Of a stretch of DNA of 64,000 nt, positions 16,785 through 28,182 are shown piece by piece. This DNA is from Desulfosudaceae bacterium (GTDB lineage Bacteria > Desulfobacterota > Desulfobacteria > Desulfobacterales > Desulfosudaceae). Position numbers and translations under genes: made by a program. The notes under the pieces were generated by a model that was not told the origin of the DNA, searched no databases, and saw only the letters and a list, made by a program, of their open reading frames with translations. The stretch lies in NCBI GenBank assembly GCA_963674745.2, contig CAXXDV010000001.1, positions 2,496,001 through 2,560,000 on the forward strand, read 5' to 3'. How positions within the stretch are numbered: position 1 is the first letter of the stretch; every line of letters begins with the position of its first letter.

Positions 16785-18092
16785 TCAAATTCCGGGTTGC
16801 CTGACGCCTTTTCCGATCAGGGCATGCCTGGCTTCTCCGGCCACATACAGTGATCCGCTGATGCAAACGACATCTTCGGGAGACGCTTCACCGATCGACT
16901 GATGGACGGCATCCGCCACTGAATCGATGATTTCATACTTGCGGTTCAGCGAGGTGGCAATGCGTCCCAGGATCTTCGGGTCAACCGCGCGTCCGATCCG
17001 GGGCCGGGTCAGAATTACCGAATGGCACAAGGGCACCAGCTTTTTTAAGATGGCCTCATAGGGTTTATCATCCAGAATGCCTATAATTAACCGGATTTTT
17101 TTTGCCTTCACGTCCGGTGAAGCGGCCAGGTATTGTGCCAGGCTGTCAACCGCAGCCAGGTTATGGGCGCCGTCGATAATCACCATGGGTTTGTCCTGCA
17201 CGATCTCGAGTCGGGCCGGCCATTGGACGTTCAACAATCCCTGCCGGATGTGCTTTTCCTTGACAGACAACTCCTGGCGCGCGTTCAGGACTTCGCAGGA
17301 GGCCACGGCCAGGGCGGCGTTGTCAGGCTGATGAATGCCCAGCAGGCGGGTGCTGAGGTTTTTCAGGTTGGCGTTTAGTCCATAATAGGAAAAATCGCCG
17401 GAGGGATGCCGCCTGACCTTAAAATGTTCGCCCAGCCGGAAACAGTCGGCGTTGTTGTCGGCTGCGGTTTGCCGCACGGCGGCCACCGCCGGTTTCTGCC
17501 TTACACCGGTTATCACGGGAACGCGGGGTTTGATGATCCCGGCTTTTTCCCGTGCAATGGCGGCCAGGGTGTTGCCAAGGTAATCTTTATGCTCAAGGGA
17601 GATATTGGTAATAATTGACAACACCGGTTTCAGTACATTGGTGGCGTCAAAACGACCGCCCATGCCCGTTTCGATAACGGCCACATCCACCTGTTGCCGG
17701 GCGAATTCGTAAAACGCCATGGCGGTCGTATATTCAAAAAAAGTCGGTTCCCGTTTTCGGCCGTGCTTGTTCTTGACCGCTTCATAGGCGCTAACGACCC
17801 GGTCATTGCTTATCGGGCGCCCGTTGATTTTGATTCGTTCGTTAAATCTCACCAGGTGGGGGGAGGTATACAGCCCCACCCGATAGCCGGCCCGGTGCAG
17901 GATTGTTGTCAGCATGGCGGCAGTGGAACCCTTGCCGTTGGTGCCGGCGATGTGGATGCTTTTGTATTGTCGCTGGGGTTTGTCCAGCTTGTCCAGAATG
18001 GCACGGAGGGTTGTCAGCTCAAGCTTGATGCCGAAACGTCTGAGTCCGTACATTTCTTCCAGGCAGTGATTATAGGCATTTTTTTTTGTCAT
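16785..18092 (-). CDS. folC: Bifunctional folylpolyglutamate/dihydrofolate synthase
   Basis: Motifs HIAGTNGKGS, YTSPHL..FNERI, ETGMGGRFDATN and IDGAHN. Confidence 0.96.
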   Translation of the reverse strand: MTKKNAYNHCLEEMYGLRRFGIKLELTTLRAILDKLDKPQRQYKSIHIAGTNGKGSTAAMLTTILHRAGYRVGLYTSPHLVRFNERIKINGRPISNDRVVSAYEAVKNKHGRKREPTFFEYTTAMAFYEFARQQVDVAVIETGMGGRFDATNVLKPVLSIITNISLEHKDYLGNTLAAIAREKAGIIKPRVPVITGVRQKPAVAAVRQTAADNNADCFRLGEHFKVRRHPSGDFSYYGLNANLKNLSTRLLGIHQPDNAALAVASCEVLNARQELSVKEKHIRQGLLNVQWPARLEIVQDKPMVIIDGAHNLAAVDSLAQYLAASPDVKAKKIRLIIGILDDKPYEAILKKLVPLCHSVILTRPRIGRAVDPKILGRIATSLNRKYEIIDSVADAVHQSIGEASPEDVVCISGSLYVAGEARHALIGKGVRQPGI

Positions 18093-18119
18093 GGTAAATT
18101 CGAAAAAAGTCAAAGGTTT

Positions 18120-18245
18120 TATGGCAAAGTAAAAAGTTCGAAATCAAGGCGTCGCAAATCTTGAGGGATGAAGCGTACTTAAGTCGTACGTGGAATGACG
18201 AAAGATGCAGCGCAACGAAGATTTCGGGCTTTTTACGAAGCCATC
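18120..18245 (+). repeat. Palindromic intergenic element, copy 3 (more diverged)
   Basis: ATGGCAAAGTAAAAAGTTC...CAGCGCAACG...GGGCTTTTTACGAAGCCATC: same termini and internal blocks as copy 1. Confidence 0.85.
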
Positions 18246-18255
18246 ATGGTTACGA

Positions 18256-18287
18256 AAAAACCCGGCCATATATATGGCCGGGTTTTT
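18256..18287. terminator. Intrinsic terminator downstream of rpsU
   Basis: Perfect palindrome AAAAACCCGGCCATATATATGGCCGGGTTTTT. Confidence 0.8.
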
Positions 18288-18312
18288 ACAAAAAATAACT
18301 GGTGCTCAATAC

Positions 18313-18519
18313 TTAGCGATATCTACGTCGTTTGACTTCGGCGATACGCTGTCTTCTCATTGCTTCGCGCTGTTTGCGTCGCTTTAACTCGCTTGGCTTC
18401 TCAAAGTTTTTTCTGAGTCTCAAGCGCTTGAAAAGGCCGTCGTTCTGAATTTTCTTCTTCAATATTTTCATGGCCTTTTCCAGGTCATTGTCAATGACGC
18501 GAACCTCTATCTCTTTCAC
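18313..18519 (-). CDS. rpsU: 30S ribosomal protein S21
   Basis: 68-aa basic protein, with LEKAMKILKKK and FEKPS..KRRK. Confidence 0.92.
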   Translation of the reverse strand: MKEIEVRVIDNDLEKAMKILKKKIQNDGLFKRLRLRKNFEKPSELKRRKQREAMRRQRIAEVKRRRYR

Positions 18520-18656
18520 ATTGCCTCACCCTTTCTTTGCCTTCAAAACCGGTCGGACCTTGAAGGTTTTTTATATAAACCTTAATAAAGGTTTGTAAAA
18601 CTTAAATATTTCCCTATCAATATTATTTCTGTTTAGCAAGGAAAATATTTGTTTTT

Positions 18657-19331
18657 TTAGAGTTGAGATACCAGTTCGTCGGTTACGGTTTTTACATCCG
18701 GCTCGCCATCCAAAGGGATATATTTCATGTTGTCGTTCTTGGCGGCCAGGTCTTTGAAATAATAGGCGGCTGCCAGGGTGCCGGTGTCGGAATCATAGTA
18801 AATGGCATGCCGTTTGCTGATGGCGCCTTCGTCCTGATCGTCGTCTCTGGTTTTCAGGTCGCCGCCGCAGACCCGACACTTGTCGCCGTCAGGTTTGATG
18901 GCGTCGATGAAAATATTGTTGGGATGGTTGTTGTCGTTGACGCAAAGCCGACGGCCCATGATTCTGTTTTTGGCGATTTCACGATCCAGTACGATTTCCA
19001 CTACGATATCAAGCGTCATCCCTTTTTCCTTCAGGGCTTCATCCAGTTTTTCGGCCTGGACTTTGTTTCTGGGAAAGCCGTCCAGCAACCAGCCTTTTTG
19101 GCAGTCATCCTGCTGCAGGCGGTCAAGGATCATGGGAATGGTAATCTCGTCCGGTACCAGGTCTCCCCGGTCGATATAGCCTTTGGCTTCTTTACCCAAA
19201 TCGGTGCCATTGGAAATGTTGTCCCGGAAGATAGCGCCGGATTCTATGTGAGGCAGGTCGTATTTCTTTTTTAAGATGGCGCCCTGGGTGCCCTTGCCGC
19301 TTCCGTTCGGACCAAAAAATAAAATATTCAT
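18657..19331 (-). CDS. adk: Adenylate kinase, metal-binding LID type of sulfate reducers
   Basis: Motifs GPNGSGKGTQ and LDGFPR; LID motif C-X5-H-X15-C-X2-C. Confidence 0.96.
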   Translation of the reverse strand: MNILFFGPNGSGKGTQGAILKKKYDLPHIESGAIFRDNISNGTDLGKEAKGYIDRGDLVPDEITIPMILDRLQQDDCQKGWLLDGFPRNKVQAEKLDEALKEKGMTLDIVVEIVLDREIAKNRIMGRRLCVNDNNHPNNIFIDAIKPDGDKCRVCGGDLKTRDDDQDEGAISKRHAIYYDSDTGTLAAAYYFKDLAAKNDNMKYIPLDGEPDVKTVTDELVSQL

Positions 19332-19786
19332 GCTGTCTTCTCCTTGTTATGAAATGTTTGACAACTTGGTCAGGCCGTCACTGTTGACGGCAAAAAAGAA
19401 TTTCTATAAAAATTATCCGTGCTTGTCAAGGTATGGATGATTTTTTTGCCAGGCGTCCGGGTCCGGGGGGGGGAGAATAATGGATCGAAATCCGTATGGA
19501 AAATGCGGAAAACACTTGACATGGTTATTTCGTTTTTTTATATCAGAGTTGAGCATGTGATTTACCAGCCTTTTGATGAATACCTAATAACTGCTGATTA
19601 AAGCAGGTTTTCAAAATTTTTTCGCAGGACAATCAAAAGTCAGGTTCTATTCAGGCGGATTGATGTTATCACGTCAAGCGCCCCCCGGCATTTTAATTCG
19701 GACGGGTTCGCCACGAATAACGGGTTGCCGACAAGGCAATACGGATACCGGCATAAAAAATTATAGTAATAAAAGGTGACGAGTGT

Positions 19787-21031
19787 ATGAATTTATCGGA
19801 ATTGAAAAAAAAGAAGATGGACGAGCTCAAAACAATCGCCAACGAGTATAAGATCGATTACGCGGGATTGAAGAAGCAGGAGTTGATTTTTTCCATACTG
19901 CAGCACGAAGCTGAAAACAACGGTTATATCTTTGGCGAAAGCACACTGGAAGTGCTGGCTGACGGTTTCGGCTTTTTACGGTCCCCGGATTACAGTTACC
20001 TGCCGGGACTGGATGATATTTATGTTTCACCGTCCCAGATCCGGCGTTTTAATCTGAGAACCGGAGACATCGTTTCCGGACAGATCCGTCAGCCCAAGGA
20101 GAACGAGCGATACTTTGCCCTGCTGAAGGTCGAAGCCATCAATCATGAAGACCCGGAAGTCGCCCGGGAAAAGACTTTTTTCGATAACCTGACCCCTCTT
20201 TTTCCCAACCAGAAAGTCAACCTGGAAAGGGAGTCAGATAATTATTCCATGCGCATAATGGACCTGCTGACGCCGATCGGATTCGGTCAGCGGGGATTGA
20301 TCGTGTCACCTCCCCGGGCCGGTAAAACCATGCTGCTGCAGAATATCGCCAACAGCATTATCGCCAGCCACAAAAAAGTCGTTCCGTTTATCCTTTTAAT
20401 TGATGAACGTCCTGAAGAAGTAACCGACATGCAGCGCTCGGTTGCTGCCGAAGTCATCAGTTCCACCTTTGACGAACCGGCTGAACGTCATGTCCAGGTG
20501 GCGGAAATGGTGATCGAAAAAGCCAAACGTCAGGTGGAGCACAAAAAAGACGTGGTCATCCTGCTTGACAGTATTACCCGGCTGGCGCGGGCCTATAACT
20601 CTGTTGTCCCCTCCAGCGGCAAGGTCCTTTCCGGTGGTGTGGATTCCAACGCCCTGCATCGCCCCAAACGGTTTTTCGGCGCGGCCCGTAATATTGAAGA
20701 GGGCGGCAGCCTGACCATTATCGCCACGGCCCTGGTTGATACCGGCAGCCGCATGGACGAAGTGATTTTCGAGGAGTTTAAGGGGACCGGCAACATGGAG
20801 CTTCAACTGGACAGAAAACTGGCCGACAGGAGGGTTTATCCGGCCATTGATATCAACCGGTCGGGTACCCGCAAGGAGGAACTGCTGGTTGAAAAAAGTG
20901 TGCTAAACCGGGTCTGGGTGCTGCGAAAATTGCTGGCCTCATTAAATTCTGTTGATGGAATGGAGTTTTTACTTGATAAAATGGGCAGCACGAAGGATAA
21001 TAAAGATTTTTTACAGGCAATGAATTCGTAA
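19787..21031 (+). CDS. rho: Transcription termination factor Rho
   Basis: Motifs [33 protein letters not shown] and FKGTGNME. Confidence 0.98.
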   Translation: MNLSELKKKKMDELKTIANEYKIDYAGLKKQELIFSILQHEAENNGYIFGESTLEVLADGFGFLRSPDYSYLPGLDDIYVSPSQIRRFNLRTGDIVSGQIRQPKENERYFALLKVEAINHEDPEVAREKTFFDNLTPLFPNQKVNLERESDNYSMRIMDLLTPIGFGQRGLIVSPPRAGKTMLLQNIANSIIASHKKVVPFILLIDERPEEVTDMQRSVAAEVISSTFDEPAERHVQVAEMVIEKAKRQVEHKKDVVILLDSITRLARAYNSVVPSSGKVLSGGVDSNALHRPKRFFGAARNIEEGGSLTIIATALVDTGSRMDEVIFEEFKGTGNMELQLDRKLADRRVYPAIDINRSGTRKEELLVEKSVLNRVWVLRKLLASLNSVDGMEFLLDKMGSTKDNKDFLQAMNS

Positions 21032-21087
21032 TCAGTTAGATACAGATTTATTTGCTGATAAGACGGTCCCGATGAGGAGGAAGCAAA

Positions 21088-21327
21088 ATGAAAAAAGACA
21101 TTCACCCGGAATATTTCCAGGCCAACGCACGGTGCGTTTGCGGCAATGAGTTTACGGTCGGATCGACGAAAGAATCCATCAGTGTCGAAATCTGCTCGCA
21201 GTGTCATCCGTTTTTTACGGGCAAGCAGAAGCTGGTTGATACGGCCGGGCGGATCGAACGGTTCCGCAGGAAATACGCCAAGTTTGAAGAGCAGAAAAAA
21301 CAACAGCCTGCTGCTGATAACGAATAA
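21088..21327 (+). CDS. rpmE: 50S ribosomal protein L31 (zinc-binding form)
   Basis: MKKDIHPEY...CVCG...[13 protein letters not shown]. Confidence 0.97.
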   Translation: MKKDIHPEYFQANARCVCGNEFTVGSTKESISVEICSQCHPFFTGKQKLVDTAGRIERFRRKYAKFEEQKKQQPAADNE

Positions 21328-21362
21328 TAACGGGTTTTGACATCGGTTAAATAAGACTGCAG

Positions 21363-22442
21363 ATGTTTGACAAACTACAAGAGGTGGAAAGCCGTTATTC
21401 AGAGCTGGAAACCCTTATGTCGGATCCGGATGTTATTAATAACAGGGCGATGTATCTGCGTTACAGCCAGGAGCATTCGGAACTTTCAAAACTTGTTGAA
21501 GTCTTTCGCAAATATAAGAAAACAAGCGAAGAACTGGCGGAAAGCCGTGAACTGTTAAATGATCAGGATGCCGACATCAAGGAACTGGCCCGGCAGGAAG
21601 TAGAATCCCTGACGGCCGAAGAAGAACGCCTGCAGGATGAATTAAAAACCCTTCTTACCCCCAAAGATCCCAATGATTCCAAAAATGTAATCATCGAAAT
21701 CCGGGCCGGTACCGGCGGTGAGGAAGCGGCCCTTTTTGTTTATGATCTTTTCCGGATGTATTCGCGGTTTGTTGAAAACAAGGGCTGGAAAGCGGAGATC
21801 ATGAACAGCCATGAGACCGGCACCGGCGGTTTCAAGGAAGTGGTCTTCATGGTCTATGGTAAGGGGGCTTACAGCTTTTTCAAGTTTGAAAGCGGCACCC
21901 ACCGGGTGCAGCGGGTTCCGGAGACCGAAGCCCAGGGCAGGGTGCACACCTCGGCGGTTACGGTGGCGGTTTTGCCCGAAGCCGAAGAAGTCGAACTCGA
22001 GATTGATCCCTCGGAAATCCGCACGGATGTTTTCAGGTCCAGCGGACCGGGCGGACAATCGGTCAATACCACGGATTCGGCCGTCCGTTTGACCCATCTG
22101 CCGACCGGTCTGGTGGTGACCTGCCAGGATGAAAAATCCCAGTTGAAAAACAAAAACAAGGCGATGAAAGTACTGCGGGCGCGGCTTTTGGATAAAATGA
22201 TCCAGGAACAGAATGATCAGCGGGATGAGGCCCGAAAAGGGCAGGTCGGCAGCGGCGATCGAAGCGGCCGTATCCGGACCTACAATTTTCCCCAGGGCAG
22301 GGTAACCGATCATCGCGCGGGAATTACGCTTTATAAACTGGAGGCCATTCTCCAGGGCGAACTGAATGATCTTTTTGAAGGCCTGACCACTTATTTTAAC
22401 ACCCAGCAGATCCAGACGCTGGACACCGGCAATGCCAACTGA
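21363..22442 (+). CDS. prfA: Peptide chain release factor 1
   Basis: Motifs [21 protein letters not shown] (PxT) and GGQ. Confidence 0.97.
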   Translation: MFDKLQEVESRYSELETLMSDPDVINNRAMYLRYSQEHSELSKLVEVFRKYKKTSEELAESRELLNDQDADIKELARQEVESLTAEEERLQDELKTLLTPKDPNDSKNVIIEIRAGTGGEEAALFVYDLFRMYSRFVENKGWKAEIMNSHETGTGGFKEVVFMVYGKGAYSFFKFESGTHRVQRVPETEAQGRVHTSAVTVAVLPEAEEVELEIDPSEIRTDVFRSSGPGGQSVNTTDSAVRLTHLPTGLVVTCQDEKSQLKNKNKAMKVLRARLLDKMIQEQNDQRDEARKGQVGSGDRSGRIRTYNFPQGRVTDHRAGITLYKLEAILQGELNDLFEGLTTYFNTQQIQTLDTGNAN

Positions 22443-23328
22443 TACTTCCCCCCGAACAATTCTTGATGTTCTCAAGTTAACGACCGGTTTTTTTTGCGAC
22501 CGTTGTATTGAAAGCTCCAGAATTTCAGCCGAGCTTCTGCTGGCCCATGTGCTGAATGTCAATCGCCTTGATCTGTATCTTCGATTTGACCAGCCGCTTT
22601 ATGATGAGGAATTGGACCGCTACCGGGAGTTGATTCGTCGCCGTTTGCGACGTGAGCCCGTGGCCTATATCACGGGCACCAAATCTTTCTGGGACCTGAC
22701 CATCGAAGTCACACCGGATGTTCTGATACCGCGCCCCGATACGGAAACGCTGGTGGAAACCGCCCTGGCCCGGATATCCCGTCTCACCGCCTCGCTTGAC
22801 CGGATGCCGGTAATTTTTGAACCGGCCACCGGTTCCGGTGCCGTGATTTGCTCGTTGGCGGCAAATGCGCCGGGCAGCCGGTTTTTTGCATCTGATGTTT
22901 CTATCCCGGCACTTGGTGTTGCCCGGCGGAACGCCCGGCGGAACGGATTGGATGATAAAATCTGTTTTTTTGCCGCTGACTGGTTTTCAGGCATCAAGTC
23001 CAATATGCCCCGGTTTGACATGATTGTCGTAAACCCTCCCTATGTGCCTTTTGGCGAAATTGCCGGCCTGGAGCCGGAAGTCAGAGACCATGAACCGATA
23101 AAAGCCCTGAATGGGGGTGCTGACGGACTTGATTGTATCCGACAGATAATTGATTCGGCCGGTGGCTTTTTAACGGCCGGGGGGCTTCTGCTGATTGAAA
23201 TCGGCTGGGACCAGCTGCCCCGGGTTCAGGCCCTGGCCGAGAAATCCGCCTGGTGCGACGATTTTATGTCCGTCAAAGACCTGGCCGGTCATGACCGGGT
23301 CGTCAGATTACTGAAAAAGACCGGCTGA
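22432..23328 (+). CDS. prmC: Release-factor N5-glutamine methyltransferase
   Basis: Motifs [14 protein letters not shown] and NPPY; follows prfA. Confidence 0.95.
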   Translation: MPTDTSPRTILDVLKLTTGFFCDRCIESSRISAELLLAHVLNVNRLDLYLRFDQPLYDEELDRYRELIRRRLRREPVAYITGTKSFWDLTIEVTPDVLIPRPDTETLVETALARISRLTASLDRMPVIFEPATGSGAVICSLAANAPGSRFFASDVSIPALGVARRNARRNGLDDKICFFAADWFSGIKSNMPRFDMIVVNPPYVPFGEIAGLEPEVRDHEPIKALNGGADGLDCIRQIIDSAGGFLTAGGLLLIEIGWDQLPRVQALAEKSAWCDDFMSVKDLAGHDRVVRLLKKTG

Positions 23329-23590
23329 ATTTTTAACCGGGACCTTGCATGCCCGCCAGTTGAAAAAATTACAGCCTGGTGCCGGTTGTCATCGCCGTGC
23401 CGAAAATTTGGTGTTTCTATCATCTTATTGATTTTATATGATATATTAAAAAATTTGAGCGGCTCAATGTGCCGGCGGGGTGTTGAATGCACCGGAATTT
23501 TATTTTTTATCACACAATCTAAAAAAAATGTTGTTTTGAAGGTGTGATGTTTGATATTATCCGACATTTATAGATTGGATAGGACTTTAA

Positions 23591-23670
23591 AAACACACGT
23601 TTTCCGACCGCTTGCCGGTGTGTCCGCCAAGGCGGGTTCGGCGTCGGGATGAAGAAAACGGAGGCACAAC
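23591..23670 (+). ncRNA. rpsB leader (t44-like S2 autoregulatory element)
   Basis: ACACACG...CGGAGGCACAAC framing, CGTTTTC/GAAAACG pairing and an inner CCGCC-AA-GGCGG hairpin, directly upstream of rpsB. Confidence 0.7.
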
Positions 23671-23693
23671 AACACATTTAAAGGAGATGAAGC

Positions 23694-24620
23694 ATGAGTT
23701 ACGTAACAATGAAGGAACTGCTGGAAGCCGGAGCGCATTTCGGGCATCAGACCCGTCGCTGGAACCCCAAGATGAAACCCTACATTTTTGGCGCCCGTAA
23801 CGGGATCTATATTATTGATCTTCAAAAGACGGTCCGTTTGTTCAAGAACGCTTACGATTTTGTGACCCAGGTCGTCGAAAGCGGCAAACCGGTGCTTTTT
23901 GTCGGAACCAAAAAACAGGCCCGGGAAGCGATTTATGAAGAGGCCAATCGCGCTGAAATGTATTATGTCCATAACCGCTGGCTGGGCGGCATGCTGACAA
24001 ATTTTCAGACCATTAAAAAGAGTATTGATCAGTTGCAGCACCTCAATGAGATTATAAACGATGGTTCCATCGAAATGTATCCCAAGAAGGAACAGTCCAA
24101 GCTGACCAAATCCCGCACCAAGCTGGACAGCGTTCTGGGTGGTATCCAGCATATGGCAAAGTTGCCGGGTGCCCTGTTTGTGGTTGATACCCGCAAAGAG
24201 GCGATTGCCGTAAGGGAAGCCAGGCGCCTGGGCATACCGGTGGTGGCGATTGTCGATACCAATTGCGATCCGGATGAGATCGATTACCTTGTCCCCGGCA
24301 ATGATGACGCCATTCGGGCCATTCGCCTGGTCACGTCAAAAATTGCGGATGCCTGCCTGGAAGGCGCGCAGCGCCGGGCAGAGAAGAAACAGGCGGCTGT
24401 CGACAAAGAAGCGGCGCCGGAAAAAGTGGTTGAAGAAAAACCGGCAGAGGAAACGCTTCAGCCCGGTGAACGGGAAGTCCTTTCAGATGGAAGTGACGGT
24501 CCGATTGTTGAGCGCATCAGAAAATCCGGTTTTTCTTCGATTGCGGATTTTCAGGATGATGAAGAAGACGATCAGTTGGAAAATAATGACGCAGACAACC
24601 AGGAAGCAACAGAGGAGTAA
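23694..24620 (+). CDS. rpsB: 30S ribosomal protein S2 (long acidic C-terminal tail)
   Basis: Motifs [31 protein letters not shown] and [10 protein letters not shown]. Confidence 0.98.
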   Translation: MSYVTMKELLEAGAHFGHQTRRWNPKMKPYIFGARNGIYIIDLQKTVRLFKNAYDFVTQVVESGKPVLFVGTKKQAREAIYEEANRAEMYYVHNRWLGGMLTNFQTIKKSIDQLQHLNEIINDGSIEMYPKKEQSKLTKSRTKLDSVLGGIQHMAKLPGALFVVDTRKEAIAVREARRLGIPVVAIVDTNCDPDEIDYLVPGNDDAIRAIRLVTSKIADACLEGAQRRAEKKQAAVDKEAAPEKVVEEKPAEETLQPGEREVLSDGSDGPIVERIRKSGFSSIADFQDDEEDDQLENNDADNQEATEE

Positions 24621-24626
24621 ATAAAA

Positions 24627-25223
24627 ATGGGAACAATCAGTGCCAGCATGGTGAAACAGCTTCGAGAGCAGACCGGTGCGGGAATGATGGATTGCAAGGA
24701 AGCGTTGACCACGTGCGATGGAGATATCGAAAAAGCAGTTGATTTTTTAAGAAAAAAAGGGCTGGCCAAGGCGGCCAAACGCGCCGGCCGGGATACCGCT
24801 GAAGGTGTCGTCGAATCTTACATCCATATGGGCGGCAAGATCGGTGTCATGGTCGAAGTGAACTGTGAATCGGATTTTGTGGCCAAAACAGACGATTTCA
24901 AGGAATTTGCCAGAAATATTGCCATGCATATCGCGGCCACCAATCCGGCCGGAATCGAACAGGAAGACGTCCCCCGGGAATTGATCGAGAGGGAACGGCA
25001 GGTATACCGGGAACAAACCCTGGAAATGGGTAAACCGGAAAACATGGTGGATAAAATTGTTGAGGGAAAGCTCAAAAAATTCTTCAAGGAATCCTGTCTC
25101 ATGGAACAGGCCTATGTCAAGGATCCCAATATTTCGATTCAGGATTACTTAAATGAGACCGTCGCCAAAATCGGCGAAAGTGTTCGGATTAAACGGTTTG
25201 CCCGTTTTCAGCTGGGAGAATAA
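24627..25223 (+). CDS. tsf: Elongation factor Ts (short form)
   Basis: Motifs [16 protein letters not shown] and [10 protein letters not shown]. Confidence 0.97.
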   Translation: MGTISASMVKQLREQTGAGMMDCKEALTTCDGDIEKAVDFLRKKGLAKAAKRAGRDTAEGVVESYIHMGGKIGVMVEVNCESDFVAKTDDFKEFARNIAMHIAATNPAGIEQEDVPRELIERERQVYREQTLEMGKPENMVDKIVEGKLKKFFKESCLMEQAYVKDPNISIQDYLNETVAKIGESVRIKRFARFQLGE

Positions 25224-25228
25224 TTTTT

Positions 25229-25963
25229 TTGGATACACCCCGCTATAAAAGAGTACTGATTAAGTTGAGCGGCGAAGCGCTGATGGGTGATGAGAGCTTC
25301 GGCATCAGTCCTGAAATGATCAAGTATATGGCGGAAGAGGTGGGGTCGGTCGCCAGAATGGGCGTTCAGGTGGCCGTTGTCGTCGGTGGCGGAAATATTT
25401 TCAGGGGTGTGAAGGCCAGCTCTTTCGGTATGGATCGCACGGCTGCGGACCATATGGGAATGCTGGCCACGGTTATCAACAGCATCGCCCTTCAGGACGC
25501 CATTGAAAAAGCGGGTTTTGAAACCCGCATTCAAACGGCCATTGAAATGCATGCCGTGGCCGAACCGTACATTCTGAGAAGGGCTCTGCGGCACCTGGAT
25601 AAAGGCCGAATCGTCATCTTCGGGGCGGGAACGGGTAACCCCTATTTTACGACCGATACCGCCGCCGTACTCAGGGCGGAAGAGATCCACGCCGAAGTTT
25701 TCCTCAAGGCCACCAGGGTCAACGGACTTTATGATTCAGATCCGGAAAAAACCAGTGATGCCAGTTTTATCAAGCAGACAACCTATATGCATATCCTGGA
25801 AAACCAGCTGGGTGTCATGGACTCCACGGCCATTTCACTGGCCATGGATAACAGCCTGCCGCTGGTGGTGTTTTCTATCAAGGAACCGGGGAACCTGAAG
25901 CGGATTGTCTGCGGAGAGGATCTCGGGACGCTGATCGTCAGCAAACCCGGAGAAAAGCATTAA
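25229..25963 (+). CDS. pyrH: UMP kinase
   Basis: Motifs [15 protein letters not shown] and [10 protein letters not shown]. Confidence 0.97.
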   Translation: MDTPRYKRVLIKLSGEALMGDESFGISPEMIKYMAEEVGSVARMGVQVAVVVGGGNIFRGVKASSFGMDRTAADHMGMLATVINSIALQDAIEKAGFETRIQTAIEMHAVAEPYILRRALRHLDKGRIVIFGAGTGNPYFTTDTAAVLRAEEIHAEVFLKATRVNGLYDSDPEKTSDASFIKQTTYMHILENQLGVMDSTAISLAMDNSLPLVVFSIKEPGNLKRIVCGEDLGTLIVSKPGEKH

Positions 25964-25986
25964 TCGATATTTTGAGGTCTCGGGCC

Positions 25987-26544
25987 ATGATTGATCTGGT
26001 TTACGAAGAAATGGAAGAGAAGATGGAAAAGACGCTCTCCACGTTTAAAGGAGAGTTGCGCAAAGTAAGGACCGGCAGGGCGTCACTTTCCATTCTAGAC
26101 GGCATAATTGTGGATTATTACGGTACCCCCACGCCCATAAATCAACTGGCGTCATTATCGGTTCCGGAGAGCCGGTTGATCGTCATCCAACCCTGGGACG
26201 CAAACGCCTTAAAAGATGTGGAAAAAGCCATTCTGCAGTCCAACATCGGGTTAACGCCGAATAATGACGGCAAGATTATTCGCCTGGCCGTGCCGCCGCT
26301 GACCGAAGAACGCCGCAAGGAAATCGCCAAACAGGTTCGCCAGATGGGGGAAGATTATAAAGTGGCCATGCGGAATATCCGGCGGGATGCCAATGAAAAT
26401 TTGAAGCAGATGAAAAAAGACGGTGATATTTCCGAAGACGAGGCCTTTTCCGGAAAAGATAAAGTTCAGGAAGTAACGGATAAATATATCGACCTGATTG
26501 ATGCGGTCTATCAGGAAAAAGAGAAAGAAATCCTTGAACTCTAA
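25987..26544 (+). CDS. frr: Ribosome recycling factor
   Basis: Motifs RTGRAS, DYYGTPTP, PPLTEERR and RNIRRDAN. Confidence 0.97.
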   Translation: MIDLVYEEMEEKMEKTLSTFKGELRKVRTGRASLSILDGIIVDYYGTPTPINQLASLSVPESRLIVIQPWDANALKDVEKAILQSNIGLTPNNDGKIIRLAVPPLTEERRKEIAKQVRQMGEDYKVAMRNIRRDANENLKQMKKDGDISEDEAFSGKDKVQEVTDKYIDLIDAVYQEKEKEILEL

Positions 26545-27277
26545 CGATTCCGCTGTGAATATTTCCGGTCCGGACAGCGGCAGGTTCCCGGCGCATGTCG
26601 CCATTATCATGGATGGCAACGGCCGATGGGCCAAAAGCCGTTCCCTTGAAAGGCTGGAAGGGCATCGTCGGGGCGTGGAGGCGCTTGAGACGATCATCCG
26701 TACCAGTGTGAATATCGGTATCTCCTACCTGACCGTGTTTGCCTTTTCCACCGAGAACTGGAACCGGCCGGAATATGAGGTGACCGGCATCATGATGCTG
26801 TTAAAGGAGTTTCTTCGCAGCCGCCAGGAAGAGCTAAGAGACAACGGTATCCGGTTTAATGTTGTGGGCAATCCCGGCATGCTGTCCGAAGATGTCCTGG
26901 ATGCCCTGGATGAAGCAAAATTACTGACAAAAGACTGCCGGAAAATGGTGCTGACCATCGCCCTGAGTTACGGCGGTCGTGATGAAATCACCCGGGCCGT
27001 AAAACAGCTGGCCCTTGATGCCGTTGCCGGACGGATTGACGTTGACGGCATCGATGAACAGATAATTTCCGGCTACCTTGACACACGGGATCTGCCGGAC
27101 CCGGATATGTTGATCAGGACCAGCGGAGAAGTGCGGATCAGTAATTTCCTGCTGTGGCAGCTGGCCTATACGGAAATTTTTATTACGGACACGTTATGGC
27201 CGGACTTCGGGCCTGACGAACTGGTCAGCCTGATAAAAGAATATCAGTCCCGGGACCGCCGCTTCGGCAAAGTATAG
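26534..27277 (+). CDS. uppS: Undecaprenyl diphosphate synthase
   Basis: Motifs HVAIIMDGNGRWA, FSTENWNRP and RTSGEVRISNFLLWQ. The TTG start at 26534 is inferred. Confidence 0.94.
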   Translation: MNSNDSAVNISGPDSGRFPAHVAIIMDGNGRWAKSRSLERLEGHRRGVEALETIIRTSVNIGISYLTVFAFSTENWNRPEYEVTGIMMLLKEFLRSRQEELRDNGIRFNVVGNPGMLSEDVLDALDEAKLLTKDCRKMVLTIALSYGGRDEITRAVKQLALDAVAGRIDVDGIDEQIISGYLDTRDLPDPDMLIRTSGEVRISNFLLWQLAYTEIFITDTLWPDFGPDELVSLIKEYQSRDRRFGKV

Positions 27278-27324
27278 CAGACGCTTTGTCCGGATCCATT
27301 CTGCAACTTTGGAGGAAATAGCGC

Positions 27325-28182
27325 ATGAAAAAACCGGACGCGTCGCACATCAAACGGTGGTTAACAGGGCTCGTGTTATTTCCGCTGCTGGTTTATCTCG
27401 TTCTGGCCTCGGCCAACTGGTTCTTTGCCCTTTTCATCTGTGCGGTTTCCTGTATCGCCTTTTATGAATATTATCGTATTGTGCTGCATGTTTCCGGTGC
27501 TTCTTTTTTTACCGTTATTCCCATGGCCGGTTTTTTGACAGGTGCCGCCATTGTGCTGGTGGCCATGGCCGGTCGTTTTGATATGATCTGCATGCTGATC
27601 TCGTGTATTTTTATATTTTCCGGCGCCGGTGCGCTATGCCAGTACACAAAACGGCCCGATGCCATCGACCGGGTGGTCATGCAGGTCATGGGCGTGGTTT
27701 ACCTGTCTTTGCCCATGGCCCTGTTGGTCATGATTCACCAGGACCCTCGCGGCAACACCTGGATAATATTGCTTTTTCTTCTGGTGTTTGCCGGCGATAC
27801 CGGTGCCTATTACGCCGGTACGTTTTTCGGCAAGCACAAGCTTCTGCTCGAGGTCAGCCCCGGGAAAACAATTGAAGGCGCCTTCGGCGGCATGATGGGC
27901 ACGGTGGGCATGGGCTGTTTGGTCAACCTGGGGCTGCCGCATCTGCCGTGGGGCATGGAAATGCCCACCCGTTTTCCCTGGGGGTATGCGGTACTGTTTT
28001 TCATTATTGTCAGTATTTGCGCCCAGGCCGGGGATCTGTTTGAATCGCTGCTTAAGCGTGAGGCCGGCATCAAGGACTCGGGCGTTATTTTCCCCGGACA
28101 TGGCGGATTACTGGATCGTATTGACGGCGTTCTTTTTGCCCTTCCCATCGTTTATCTTTTCAAAACATACGTGTTTGCCTGA
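27325..28182 (+). CDS. cdsA: Phosphatidate cytidylyltransferase
   Basis: Motifs DTGAY, SPGKTIEG and GDLFESLLKR..KDSG..PGHGGLLDRID. Confidence 0.96.
   Translation: MKKPDASHIKRWLTGLVLFPLLVYLVLASANWFFALFICAVSCIAFYEYYRIVLHVSGASFFTVIPMAGFLTGAAIVLVAMAGRFDMICMLISCIFIFSGAGALCQYTKRPDAIDRVVMQVMGVVYLSLPMALLVMIHQDPRGNTWIILLFLLVFAGDTGAYYAGTFFGKHKLLLEVSPGKTIEGAFGGMMGTVGMGCLVNLGLPHLPWGMEMPTRFPWGYAVLFFIIVSICAQAGDLFESLLKREAGIKDSGVIFPGHGGLLDRIDGVLFALPIVYLFKTYVFA

Noticed and set aside
18657..19331. Unusual Cys/His LID in adenylate kinase as a novelty
   Set aside because: The C-X5-H-X15-C-X2-C motif is already described for adenylate kinases of sulfate reducers.
24370..25223. Acidic S2 tail and short EF-Ts as anomalies
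   Set aside because: Both are known lineage-level variants, and the genes are intact and in the standard rpsB-tsf-pyrH-frr order.
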